Assembly (NCBI GenBank): GCA_903840015.1
Contig: CAIMEL010000004.1
Location: 97,452-161,451, forward strand
Direction: 5' to 3'
From: an uncultured bacterium
GTDB lineage: Bacteria; Patescibacteriota; Dojkabacteria; SC72
DNA: 64,000 bases
Shown: positions 1 to 8,893 of the stretch, one piece after another
How the letters are laid out: each line of letters starts with the position of its first letter
How positions within the stretch are numbered: the stretch's first letter is position 1
The notes under the pieces: generated by a model
What the model saw: the letters and a program-made list of their open reading frames with translations, nothing else
The model's database searches: none
What the model was told of the DNA's origin: nothing
Translations under genes and position numbers: made by a program

Positions 1-1237
1 CAAGAACTCAGCTTTACCAATACTTTGTGCAACACTTCTCTCTGATGAAGACATTACCATACGGAATTTCCCTGACTTAACGGATGTACATAAACTTGTA
101 GACCTTATGACATCTCTTGGTTCTAAAATTGAATGGGACAAAGAGAAACAGGTTATCAAAATCAATAACTCTAAATTCAAAAGTTCTTTTGGCAAAGAGG
201 GATTTCCACTCGGTATGCGAGGTGCGATTTTGCTTCTCGGACCATTGGTCTCTCGTATGAAGAATATTGAGGTCAAAGCAGAGGTTGGTGGTTGTACACT
301 TGGTATAAGAGAGTTAGATCCTCATTTGGAAGTCTTAGAAAAATTAGGAGCAAATATCAGCTTTAATGAACATCTTAAAATTAAAGTTAAGAACAAATTG
401 AAAGGTGGTTTCCTCTGGCAAGATTATATGAGTGTAACAACTACTGAGAATTTCATTATGGCAGCTGCAAAAGCTGAAGGTGAATCAATTATGATTAATG
501 CAGCTTCAGAACCTCATGTTCAAGACCTCTGTCTCTTTCTTAATTCGATGGGGGCTAAAATTGAGGGGATTGGAGCATCAAAATTAATCGTTACAGGAGT
601 AAATGATTTGCATGGAACAGATTTTACAATCTCTTCAGATCATCATGAGATAACAACATTACTAGCCCTTGGAGCTATGACCGGTGGAAATATACGAGTT
701 AATAATGCAGAGCCAGAGTATTTTCCTTTAATCAATAAGTCATTTGAGAAATTTGGTATTAAGATAACATATGAAGATGAAGATGAAACTGCAATTGTAA
801 ACAGTATAACCTCGTTGAGAATACAAGAACCATATACAAAAAATATGCTCCAGAAAATAGAGGCAGCTCCTTGGCCATATTTCCCTACAGATTTACTACC
901 ATTAATGGTTGCACTAGGTGTTAAGTCTGAGGGTTCAATAATGTACTGGAACAAATTGTATGAAGGAGGGTTCTTCTGGATTCCAGAGATGATTAAATAT
1001 GGAGCCCATATTGTTATGTGTGACCCATATCGCATTATTGTTTATGGAAACAAACCATTAAAGCCAGCAACCGTAGAAGCACCAAATATCATCAGGGCAA
1101 CAGTTTCTTTGCTTATGGTTGCATTAACCATAGAAGGTGATAGTATTATAAAAAATAGTGACTCAATTAAGAGAGCTCATCCGAACTTTATCGAAAATCT
1201 TCAAAAACTTGGAGCAAATATAAGATGGATAGAATAG
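1..1237 (+). CDS. murA: UDP-N-acetylglucosamine 1-carboxyvinyltransferase (MurA). The 5' end is truncated by the window edge, and the reading frame is open from nt 2.
   Basis: Frame-2 translation from nt 2 reads KNSALPILCATLLSDEDITIRNFPDLTDVHKLVDLMTSLGSKIEW, which is the typical MurA/EPSP-synthase-fold N-terminal region. It is continuous with the 376-aa ORF at 107..1237. Confidence 0.85.
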   Translation, partial: KNSALPILCATLLSDEDITIRNFPDLTDVHKLVDLMTSLGSKIEWDKEKQVIKINNSKFKSSFGKEGFPLGMRGAILLLGPLVSRMKNIEVKAEVGGCTLGIRELDPHLEVLEKLGANISFNEHLKIKVKNKLKGGFLWQDYMSVTTTENFIMAAAKAEGESIMINAASEPHVQDLCLFLNSMGAKIEGIGASKLIVTGVNDLHGTDFTISSDHHEITTLLALGAMTGGNIRVNNAEPEYFPLINKSFEKFGIKITYEDEDETAIVNSITSLRIQEPYTKNMLQKIEAAPWPYFPTDLLPLMVALGVKSEGSIMYWNKLYEGGFFWIPEMIKYGAHIVMCDPYRIIVYGNKPLKPATVEAPNIIRATVSLLMVALTIEGDSIIKNSDSIKRAHPNFIENLQKLGANIRWIE

Positions 1238-1971
1238 AAAGAGAAAAATCTATGTTAACACCAATTGAAATACCTCAAACACAATTTGACAAAGAATTGC
1301 CTGTAATGTTACAAAGGACATCTTGTGGCATAGCAAGTTTATATACGGGTTTGAGATATATGGGCTACAGGCTACCAGATTATTCAATCTTTGCACGCGA
1401 TTACGTTTCATCTGCAAGATATAGCGTTCCGACATATTTTGCACGGACCCAAGTAAGAGGAACTCCATTAGACATCCCTATTGATTACTATCCAAGCGAA
1501 ACAACTAATGATTTGGACAAAGCAAACAAGATTGCTTCTTCTCTCGGGAATGGAGATATCTTTCATATTTGGAAAAAAGAAGGTGATAGTTCAATCCAAC
1601 CACAAATGGCATTCTCTCTATCCAGAGGGTTTGATCACAGAGGTGTTAATCCGTTTTTACATCAACTGGGATTACCACTGAAAGCAGAAATAATCGAGTC
1701 ATCAAAGTTACCTGATTACCTGGACCCAAAGAGTTTCATATTAGCATCAATTCGCCAAAATGAATTAGGGTACCCAATATCAGCCAAGCTTCCTACACAA
1801 CATATCTCAACTCATATTGTACCAATACTACAAATAGGAGAAATCGGAACAACTAAGTTGGCTCTCTTTGCCGATCCTGTATTTATTAATCCAGAGGATG
1901 CCTTGCAAGTTAGATCCGTTCAAAGCATCGAGGCATGTATGGAAAAGTACACAATCATCACTCCCGAGTAG
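1225..1971 (+). CDS. Hypothetical protein with a peptidase C39-like (papain-fold Cys peptidase) signature.
   Basis: The motif QRTSCGIASLYTGLRYMGY matches the C39 pattern Q-x3-CG-x-A-S-x-x-M around the catalytic Cys. Candidate His residues lie downstream (THIV). The start overlaps the murA stop. The call rests on this one motif. Confidence 0.35.
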   Translation: MDRIEREKSMLTPIEIPQTQFDKELPVMLQRTSCGIASLYTGLRYMGYRLPDYSIFARDYVSSARYSVPTYFARTQVRGTPLDIPIDYYPSETTNDLDKANKIASSLGNGDIFHIWKKEGDSSIQPQMAFSLSRGFDHRGVNPFLHQLGLPLKAEIIESSKLPDYLDPKSFILASIRQNELGYPISAKLPTQHISTHIVPILQIGEIGTTKLALFADPVFINPEDALQVRSVQSIEACMEKYTIITPE

Positions 1972-1976
1972 GGTGT

Positions 1977-3422
1977 CTAAATAGCACCCAATTTGTTTAG
2001 GAAATCAGGTATCTGGTAGATACCCAAGCTATGACTCCCTTTTAACAGAATGGATACTTTCTTCTCTTTCAAATTTGTTAATCGATCATTTAAAAGTGCA
2101 GCCATCTCATCAGCCGAATCTATCTGCTCTCCTACACTGAAATATTTATACATATCTCCGATATAATAGACTTCATCAAAATTTTGACTCTGGATCAACT
2201 CTCCAAGTGATTTATGCTTTGCTTCAGAAACCTCTCCCAATTCTTTCATATCACCAAGAACAGCTATTCTATGATATTCGGGAGAACTAAACATCGAAGA
2301 GAAAGTTTTCACAGACATTTCCATAGAGGTAGGATTTGCATTATATGCATCATTAATAATCACCAAATCATTTTCATACCTTAAGACTTCAAATCTACCT
2401 TTAGTTCCAACATATTTCTCTACATATTCTACACAATCCTGAATACTAACATGTAAAATGTTCGCAGCTATTATTGCGGCCATAGCATTATATGCATATC
2501 CTTCACCAAAGACCTTTAATTTAACTTCAATATCATTATCATAGTAATGGAAATGGAATCTCGTACCTTCCGAATCAACAGATATGTCAGATATTCTGAA
2601 ATCCGCAGATTCATCTTTACCAAAAGTGACAATTGGAGAATTTGCATTATACCTATTCTTTATTGTTACTAATCTTTCATCATCAATATTTAGAATCAAG
2701 GGTTTTCCTGTACGCTCCATATAGTCAGCAAGGTCTTTCTTCTCATTGAAAACCTCTTCTATACTTCCAAGCTTCTCAGCATGAACATGACCAATATTCA
2801 AAAGAATTCCAATATCTGGATCTACTGAATTAACATGCCATGCTATTTCACCCTTACTATCCATACCACACTCCAACACTACAGCCTTTTCATCAGAATA
2901 CTTACTTAATATTCTAGCATTCCCCCAAACCGTATTAGAGTTATCACCACTTAATACTTTCATCTTGCTTTCAAGAATCTTAACTAACATCTCTTTTGTT
3001 GTTGTTTTACCAGTACTTCCAGTTATTGCTACAATTGGTGACGTAATAGAGGATATAGAATAATTAAGTATTTTCTCTAATCCTTCCCTTATCGAATCAA
3101 CTAAGATGATTGGTTTCTCAAGATCTCCCAATTGCCCACACTTCCCATTCTCACAAAGACTTACAGATGCACCTTTTTGTAATGCTTCAGAGATATAGTC
3201 ATGGCCATCGAATCTTTCACCTACAATTGGTATAAACAAGTCATTCTCTGATATCTCTCGCGAGTCATGATTAAAAGCTGTAAAGAAAACATTCTCATCA
3301 TAGTTTCTTATTTCAAACTCTGGATATTTCTCTTTTATTTCTTTAAGGAAGATTTTCATTTGTAAATTGGACAAATTTATATACTTCAATATATTAGTTC
3401 TGAAAGTTTTTTTCAATAACAA
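1977..3422 (-). CDS. murF: UDP-N-acetylmuramoyl-tripeptide--D-alanyl-D-alanine ligase (MurF).
   Basis: Carries the Mur-ligase P-loop VAITGSTGKTTTKEML. The N-terminal region FNHDSREISENDLFIPIVGERFDGHDYISEA is the MurF/MurE-type substrate domain. Length is 481 aa. Confidence 0.8.
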   Translation of the reverse strand: MLLKKTFRTNILKYINLSNLQMKIFLKEIKEKYPEFEIRNYDENVFFTAFNHDSREISENDLFIPIVGERFDGHDYISEALQKGASVSLCENGKCGQLGDLEKPIILVDSIREGLEKILNYSISSITSPIVAITGSTGKTTTKEMLVKILESKMKVLSGDNSNTVWGNARILSKYSDEKAVVLECGMDSKGEIAWHVNSVDPDIGILLNIGHVHAEKLGSIEEVFNEKKDLADYMERTGKPLILNIDDERLVTIKNRYNANSPIVTFGKDESADFRISDISVDSEGTRFHFHYYDNDIEVKLKVFGEGYAYNAMAAIIAANILHVSIQDCVEYVEKYVGTKGRFEVLRYENDLVIINDAYNANPTSMEMSVKTFSSMFSSPEYHRIAVLGDMKELGEVSEAKHKSLGELIQSQNFDEVYYIGDMYKYFSVGEQIDSADEMAALLNDRLTNLKEKKVSILLKGSHSLGIYQIPDFLNKLGAI

Positions 3423-3530
3423 TATCTATCGGACAAAGAGAGGAATTTCCAACAAACAGAAATATGTACCACAGAAAAAACATTTTGTACTATCCTAGAG
3501 TGTCATATTCCAGCCTGTAGTTATTTTTTC

Positions 3531-3559
3531 TTGACTCTATATATACCCAATGGTAAATT
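3531..3559 (+). promoter_or_regulatory. Putative sigma-70-type promoter of the mraZ operon: -35 TTGACT (3531-3536), a 17-nt spacer, then -10 TAAATT (3554-3559).
   Basis: The sequence was read directly, and the spacing to the mraZ ATG at 3607 is appropriate. Confidence 0.4.
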
Positions 3560-3560
3560 G

Positions 3561-3594
3561 GTGGAAAGAAGTGGCAGAAAGTGGAAAAAGGTGA
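3561..3594 (+). promoter_or_regulatory. Candidate MraZ operator: four direct GTGG/GTGA repeats with exact 10-bp periodicity (3561, 3571, 3581, 3591), between the -10 element and the mraZ start codon.
   Basis: The motif gtggaaagaa / gtggcagaaa / gtggaaaaag / gtgatatatt was seen directly. MraZ is known to bind direct repeats spaced by one helical turn upstream of its own operon. Confidence 0.45.
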
Positions 3595-3606
3595 TATATT
3601 TGAAAT

Positions 3607-4050
3607 ATGTTAATAGGAGAGTATAGAAGTAAAATTGGAGAGAAAAAGAGAGTGTCACTTCCGAAGCGCTTTTTGAAGGAATTGGGCGAAAACCTTATTC
3701 TAACAAGAGGATACGAAAAGGCATTAGTGCTGGTAAACAAGGAGATGTGGGAGAAAATAGCACAGAATGTCATAAATGGCTCTTTCACAAACAAAGATAT
3801 CAGAGATACTAGCAGATTCTTGGTTGGAGGTGCAAAGGAAATCAATTTAGATTCTCAAGGGAGATTCATAATACCAGAAGCACTTTTTGAACATTCTTCT
3901 TTACAAAAAGACATTGTCTTTATTGGACTAGTTAACTGGATAGAGATATGGGATGAGTCACTCTGGAAAGAAAGAGTCGCATATTTACAAGAACATGGAG
4001 AAGAAATAGCGGAGGAGATAAATAAGATGACTACCAATTCTAATGCATAA
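3607..4050 (+). CDS. mraZ: Transcriptional regulator MraZ.
   Basis: The N-terminus MLIGEYRSKIGEKKRVSLPKRF is typical of MraZ, and the second half-domain contains DSQGRFIIP. It is the first gene of the dcw operon. Confidence 0.85.
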   Translation: MLIGEYRSKIGEKKRVSLPKRFLKELGENLILTRGYEKALVLVNKEMWEKIAQNVINGSFTNKDIRDTSRFLVGGAKEINLDSQGRFIIPEALFEHSSLQKDIVFIGLVNWIEIWDESLWKERVAYLQEHGEEIAEEINKMTTNSNA

Positions 4051-4939
4051 GATTCATATTCCAGTTCTTCTAAGAGAGAGTATCGATTCCTTAGCAATCA
4101 AACCAAATGGTTTCTACATAGACTGTACACTTGGAGATGGAGGACATAGTATAGAGATACTACGAAAACTCTCACCAGAAGGTGTACTACTAAGTATAGA
4201 CAGAGATCAGAATGCTATAGATTTTGTAAAATCATTTTACAATGAAGAATCAAAGCAAGATAACTGGAAAATTGTAAAAGCAAATTTCAAAGAGCTAGAT
4301 TATTACGCTAAAGAGATTAGAAATTCTGCAGATGGAGTTTTAATGGACTTGGGCCTATCTTCAAGACAACTAGAGGAATCACACAACAGAGGATTTAGCT
4401 ATTTAGAGGAGAAAGAACCTCTAGACATGAGAATGGATATGGAATTGGGAGTAACTGCTAAAGATTTGATAAATGTCCTTCCTGAAAAGGAACTTTACCA
4501 GATATTTAAAATATACGGCGAAGAGAAATACTCATATCAAATAGCTAAAGCAATTAAAAGAAATATTTCTGATATCAATACAGTTGGAGATCTTACAAGG
4601 CTTATCTACAAGGTAATGCCAGCAGTCAACTTACATAAGAACCCTTCACGCAGGGTCTTTCAGGCCCTGCGGATAGTGGTAAATGATGAGTTGAACAGCT
4701 TAAAGGAAGGTTTAGATAACTCTTTTAAGATCTTAAACAACGGAGGGAGACTATCCGTAATCTCCTTTCATTCTTTAGAAGATCGAATTGTAAAACAATT
4801 TTTTTTAGAAAAATCGAGAAGCGGAGAAGGGGAATTGCTTTTCAAAAATCATATAGCCCCAACCGATGAAGAAGAAAAGCAAAACCCTAGATCCGCTTCA
4901 GCTAAGTTAAGAACACTTACAAAACATGACAACCCGTAG
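4043..4939 (+). CDS. rsmH: 16S rRNA (cytosine1402-N4)-methyltransferase RsmH (MraW).
   Basis: The N-terminus HIPVLLRESIDSLAIKPNGFYIDCTLGDGGHS matches RsmH. It sits immediately downstream of mraZ with overlapping start and stop. Confidence 0.85.
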   Translation: MHKIHIPVLLRESIDSLAIKPNGFYIDCTLGDGGHSIEILRKLSPEGVLLSIDRDQNAIDFVKSFYNEESKQDNWKIVKANFKELDYYAKEIRNSADGVLMDLGLSSRQLEESHNRGFSYLEEKEPLDMRMDMELGVTAKDLINVLPEKELYQIFKIYGEEKYSYQIAKAIKRNISDINTVGDLTRLIYKVMPAVNLHKNPSRRVFQALRIVVNDELNSLKEGLDNSFKILNNGGRLSVISFHSLEDRIVKQFFLEKSRSGEGELLFKNHIAPTDEEEKQNPRSASAKLRTLTKHDNP

Positions 4940-5237
4940 ACAAACAGAATCACAGAATCTACCAGCAACTATATTTCTCTTTACTGTTCTTGTATTTATA
5001 CTTTCACAACTAGTCATTAACTCAATCCTCACACCTTTAGGTGTAGAGTTGCAGAACTTAAATAGTGAGAAAAATTACCTAGTTGAAGAAAACAGATCTA
5101 TGGAAGAGCAAATAGCTAAAACAAATTCCATAACAGTTATTCAAAAATTAGCCAACAAATCGTTAAAGATATCATCATCTAACAAACGAACAGTTATATA
5201 TATCGAGAATCCAACCATTATCGCAGACAAACAGTAA
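4926..5237 (+). CDS. ftsL: FtsL-like cell-division protein (small bitopic membrane protein with a coiled coil).
   Basis: It is 103 aa with a single TM helix (ATIFLFTVLVFILSQLVI) followed by a heptad-like region. It lies in the conserved position between rsmH and ftsI. Confidence 0.5.
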   Translation: MTTRRQTESQNLPATIFLFTVLVFILSQLVINSILTPLGVELQNLNSEKNYLVEENRSMEEQIAKTNSITVIQKLANKSLKISSSNKRTVIYIENPTIIADKQ

Positions 5238-7072
5238 TGGCAAGCCTCAACCATCTTCACTCTATTAACAAAAGAGGGAAATCAAAAAAGAATAAAAATT
5301 CAGAGGGTAAAAAATCAAACATTCTACTAATAGGATACGGTATTACTTTCCTTGCAGGCCTAATAATCTTCCAATGCTTCAGATGGCAAGTGATCTATGC
5401 AGATAAGTTCGTAGCTCTCTCGAGAGAGCAGTACAACACAAATATTACACAGAAAGCACAAAGAGGGACTATATATGCGAGTGATAATACTATCTTGGCA
5501 GTAGATCAACCTACATGGAATATATATGCAACATTAAGCAAAGATCCTGAAGAGAGAAAACTCTTTTTTGACAACAAGGATGCATTTGTTGCAGAAGTCT
5601 CAGGAATTTTGAATATGAACAAAAACGAGATTGAAAGTAAACTAACAGATGATTTCGTCTATACAGCATTAAAGAAGGGGGTCTCAACAGAGAAAAAGAA
5701 AGCACTAGCAAAAGCTAAAATCTTTGGTGAAAACACAGAAGGTTTTGGACTCTATTTTGAAAGTGAAGAGAAAAGAATCTATCCAAATGGGACATTAGCT
5801 TCCCACATACTTGGGTTCTTGGGACAGGATGAACAAGGTAAAACAGTAGGGCAGTATGGAATTCAGGGATACTATTTCGGTGATATAACAGGAAAGGAAG
5901 GCTATTCATATGAAGAGAAAGATTCTTCTGGGAATGTTATTCTCACTGCTGAATACCAACCTATACTCCCTAGAGAAGGAAAAGATTTCAAACTAACCAT
6001 AATTCCAAATATCCAAAGCAAGGTAGAACAAAAACTGGAAGAAGGTGTAAAACATAGTAGGGCAAAGAGTGGAACTGCTATTGTCATGGATCCACATACT
6101 GGTGCAATTCTAGCAATGGCCAACTACCCAACATACGATCCAAATGAATACTGGAGGACTTCTGAGCCATGGATACTGAAGAACAGAGCAGTCTCGGATG
6201 TGTATGAATACGGATCAGTACAGAAACCGATCACACTGAGTATTGCATTAGAAACAGAAAAGATAGATGCTGATTTCATTTGTAATGATAGGACGGGATA
6301 TATTGATCTCTACAAAGCAACAGGGTATGAGGATCTAAGAGGTAGAAAGGTATATACTTGGAATAGGAAGGCTAGCGGGAAACTTGATATAGCTGGGATA
6401 TTCGGCAAATCCAACAATCCCTGTACAGCTACAGCTGCTTTGAAAGTAGATTCTCAGGAATTTTATTCCTCTCTTAGAGAGTTTGGTATTGGTGAATTCA
6501 TAGGGATTGGGTTACAGGAAGAGAGTAATAGCTTCATAAAATCTTTCAATGATATGACAAAGCTGGACATCATTATGTACTCGTTCGGACAGGGTATCGT
6601 AGCGACACCATTACAAGTTATCTCCGCATTAAGTACCTTTGCAAACGAAGGTGAACGTATGAGACCATACATAATCTCTGAGATTAAAGATGAGAAGGAA
6701 ACCATTCAGATACAGCCTCAAGTTCTCTCTACTCCCATCTCCAAGGAGACAGCAAATATAGTGAAGTACGCACTAAGAAAAGCTGTAGAGGAAGGTTCAC
6801 TCGGAGTATTTGCAACAAAACTAAAGGATTATGATATCGGTGCTAAAACTGGTACTGCCCAAATTGCAAAAACTAACGAACTTGGATACAAAGAAGATTA
6901 TACAAATGACACAGTTGTAGGATTTGCACCAGTAGATAATCCAAAGATTATAATGTTGGTTAAACTAGAAGAGCCTCAGATAGGGAAATACTCAACCCTG
7001 ACAACATCACCAATTTGGCAAGACATATTTCTAGCAATAGCTGATGACCTAGAAATTGCGAAGAAGAACTGA
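5237..7072 (+). CDS. ftsI: Penicillin-binding protein (class B transpeptidase, FtsI/PBP2-like).
   Basis: It has an N-terminal TM anchor, the PBP dimerisation region, and the transpeptidase motifs SGTAIVMDPHTGAILAMANYPTYDPN, SxxK-context, SxN-like and KTGT (GAKTGTAQ). Confidence 0.85.
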   Translation: MASLNHLHSINKRGKSKKNKNSEGKKSNILLIGYGITFLAGLIIFQCFRWQVIYADKFVALSREQYNTNITQKAQRGTIYASDNTILAVDQPTWNIYATLSKDPEERKLFFDNKDAFVAEVSGILNMNKNEIESKLTDDFVYTALKKGVSTEKKKALAKAKIFGENTEGFGLYFESEEKRIYPNGTLASHILGFLGQDEQGKTVGQYGIQGYYFGDITGKEGYSYEEKDSSGNVILTAEYQPILPREGKDFKLTIIPNIQSKVEQKLEEGVKHSRAKSGTAIVMDPHTGAILAMANYPTYDPNEYWRTSEPWILKNRAVSDVYEYGSVQKPITLSIALETEKIDADFICNDRTGYIDLYKATGYEDLRGRKVYTWNRKASGKLDIAGIFGKSNNPCTATAALKVDSQEFYSSLREFGIGEFIGIGLQEESNSFIKSFNDMTKLDIIMYSFGQGIVATPLQVISALSTFANEGERMRPYIISEIKDEKETIQIQPQVLSTPISKETANIVKYALRKAVEEGSLGVFATKLKDYDIGAKTGTAQIAKTNELGYKEDYTNDTVVGFAPVDNPKIIMLVKLEEPQIGKYSTLTTSPIWQDIFLAIADDLEIAKKN

Positions 7073-7107
7073 GATAATTAGATATCTTTAAATTAATATC
7101 TTAAGAT

Positions 7108-8136
7108 ATGACTGATATCATAAAGACCAGCTTAGAGTTACTTTTCATTTCCATTATTGCATCCACGATCTTTGCCCCAATAATGATAAATATTCTGTAT
7201 AAGTTTAATCAGGTTAGTGGAATCAAGAAAAGTAAAATAGGGGCTGCAGATGATGATAATTCTCTTTTTATGCGAATAATGAAATCAACAGCTACGAATG
7301 GAACTCCTAATATGGGTGGTATACTAATTTGGATCATAGTACCATTAATAACACTTCTGTTTGTACCTATGACCGAAACAATTAAGGTATTTCTTTTCGG
7401 TTTTCTTCTCTTTGGTCTCTGGGGATTCATTGATGTTGTTGTCTTTACTAACGGGTTTAAAAACAACGAGAAAATGAAGGCATTTCAAGAGACATTCGAA
7501 TGGAGATTAGGAAAATTACTTTTCTCGATATTCTTGAATATCATTGTGATGTTTCTTTTATACAGAACAGGTGAAATGGCATCCTTATCTTTCTGGGATA
7601 TCATTACGATAAACATCACACCAATAATGCTGATAATACTTGGAATCGTTGGACAGTTTGCAATATATGCAGCAGAATTAACAGATGGTGCAGATGGATT
7701 AATGATTGGGATATTTAGCATAATAAATGTTGCTTTAATTGTACTACTCCTCATTCAAGGTCAATTCCTCTTTATCCCAATACTCGCAATTATACTTGGA
7801 GCACAGATTATTGACCTTTACTTCAACATCCCACCAGCCCGTTTTTGGAATGGAGGACCCGGTGCAATGCCTTTAGGCTTTACAATGTTCTTCATAGCTA
7901 TTGTAACGAACAATATTCTCCCATATCTTTTCATGTCTTCAATCACATGGGTGATTATGGCTTCTAGTGCAATACAGATACTTAGTATGAAGTTTTTCAA
8001 GAAAAGAGTATTCAAAATTGCACCTTTACATCACCATCTTCAAGCTAATGGATGGCCTCAGTACAAGGTCGTTATGAGATTCTGGCTAATCACTCTGTTA
8101 GGATGTGTTGTAGGCCTTTACTTTGGGGTAATATAG
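7108..8136 (+). CDS. mraY: Phospho-N-acetylmuramoyl-pentapeptide transferase (MraY).
   Basis: It is a polytopic membrane protein carrying the MraY motifs TNGTPNMGG and ELTDGADGLMIG (N-x-x-DG-x-DGL). Confidence 0.8.
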   Translation: MTDIIKTSLELLFISIIASTIFAPIMINILYKFNQVSGIKKSKIGAADDDNSLFMRIMKSTATNGTPNMGGILIWIIVPLITLLFVPMTETIKVFLFGFLLFGLWGFIDVVVFTNGFKNNEKMKAFQETFEWRLGKLLFSIFLNIIVMFLLYRTGEMASLSFWDIITINITPIMLIILGIVGQFAIYAAELTDGADGLMIGIFSIINVALIVLLLIQGQFLFIPILAIILGAQIIDLYFNIPPARFWNGGPGAMPLGFTMFFIAIVTNNILPYLFMSSITWVIMASSAIQILSMKFFKKRVFKIAPLHHHLQANGWPQYKVVMRFWLITLLGCVVGLYFGVI

Positions 8137-8137
8137 T

Positions 8138-8845
8138 TTACTTACAGATAACACTACCTTGTTCACAGGAACAGATTTTGTTCTGTGTAAGGTGTTTAAA
8201 AGAATCTCCAGTAGAGAAAAGCTTTTCGCCATAATAACAGACATTGAGATCAAAAAGCTGTCCTAATTCATTTTGGTACAGTACAGAGAAACCCTCTTGA
8301 ATCTCAGGCATTTTGGAATATATCTTAAAAACATTAGAGATTAAACAGGTTCTATCATACAGTTTTACATCCCGATTCGTCATTGTTGTTAGAATAAGGG
8401 AATTTCCCCTAAATTCATAAAAACCCACTTGTGATGGGGCCAAATCGTTATCACCGCACAAAGCTTCTCGTTCAAGAATTATTTCAAGATATTCAGAAGT
8501 TTGATTTAAATCTACTGGCAAAACCCTTGTGTAATCTGGTTCTTCTTTTTCTAGATAATTTTGATATGTATATGAGAAGAGAAGGCTCTCTGTTGAAAAG
8601 GTTGAATAGGATATTGAGAAATCATTCTGATCGTCACACTTAATCTTGTTTGATCCTAAGCAATAACACTGTGTATTAGCTTTGTAGTTTTGAACAAAAT
8701 CACCCTTACGATAATCTATACCTCCGAAGGAACATCTACCTAAATCTGTTTTTTCATCAACTGTTATCAAAAGAACTACTAACAGCGATATTACCAGCAA
8801 ACCAGTTATGATTAATAACCAGTTCCTCTGAATTACTTTTGCCAT
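8138..8845 (-). CDS. Membrane-anchored exported hypothetical protein with two Cys-rich motifs.
   Basis: An N-terminal TM (LLIITGLLVISLLVVLLITV) is followed by a Cys-containing motif repeated at both ends of the ectodomain (CSFGGIDYRKGDF...CYCLGSNKIKC and CYYGEKLFSTGDSF...CSCEQGSVICK). Confidence 0.4.
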   Translation of the reverse strand: MAKVIQRNWLLIITGLLVISLLVVLLITVDEKTDLGRCSFGGIDYRKGDFVQNYKANTQCYCLGSNKIKCDDQNDFSISYSTFSTESLLFSYTYQNYLEKEEPDYTRVLPVDLNQTSEYLEIILEREALCGDNDLAPSQVGFYEFRGNSLILTTMTNRDVKLYDRTCLISNVFKIYSKMPEIQEGFSVLYQNELGQLFDLNVCYYGEKLFSTGDSFKHLTQNKICSCEQGSVICK

Positions 8846-8893
8846 GACAGAAGTATTCTACCATAGATTTCATCTTAGTGGTAAAATCAACCT

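Noticed and set aside
643-1035. Antisense ORFs embedded within clearly assigned genes. Examples are 643..1035, 1250..1468, 5511..6123, 12464..12998, 19043..19769, 34558..35784 and 53312..54175, along with the many other small opposite-strand ORFs in the track.
   Set aside because: Each is fully contained in a longer ORF on the other strand that has strong family motifs. Their translations are low-complexity or hydrophobic with no motifs. They are the by-products expected from AT-rich sequence.
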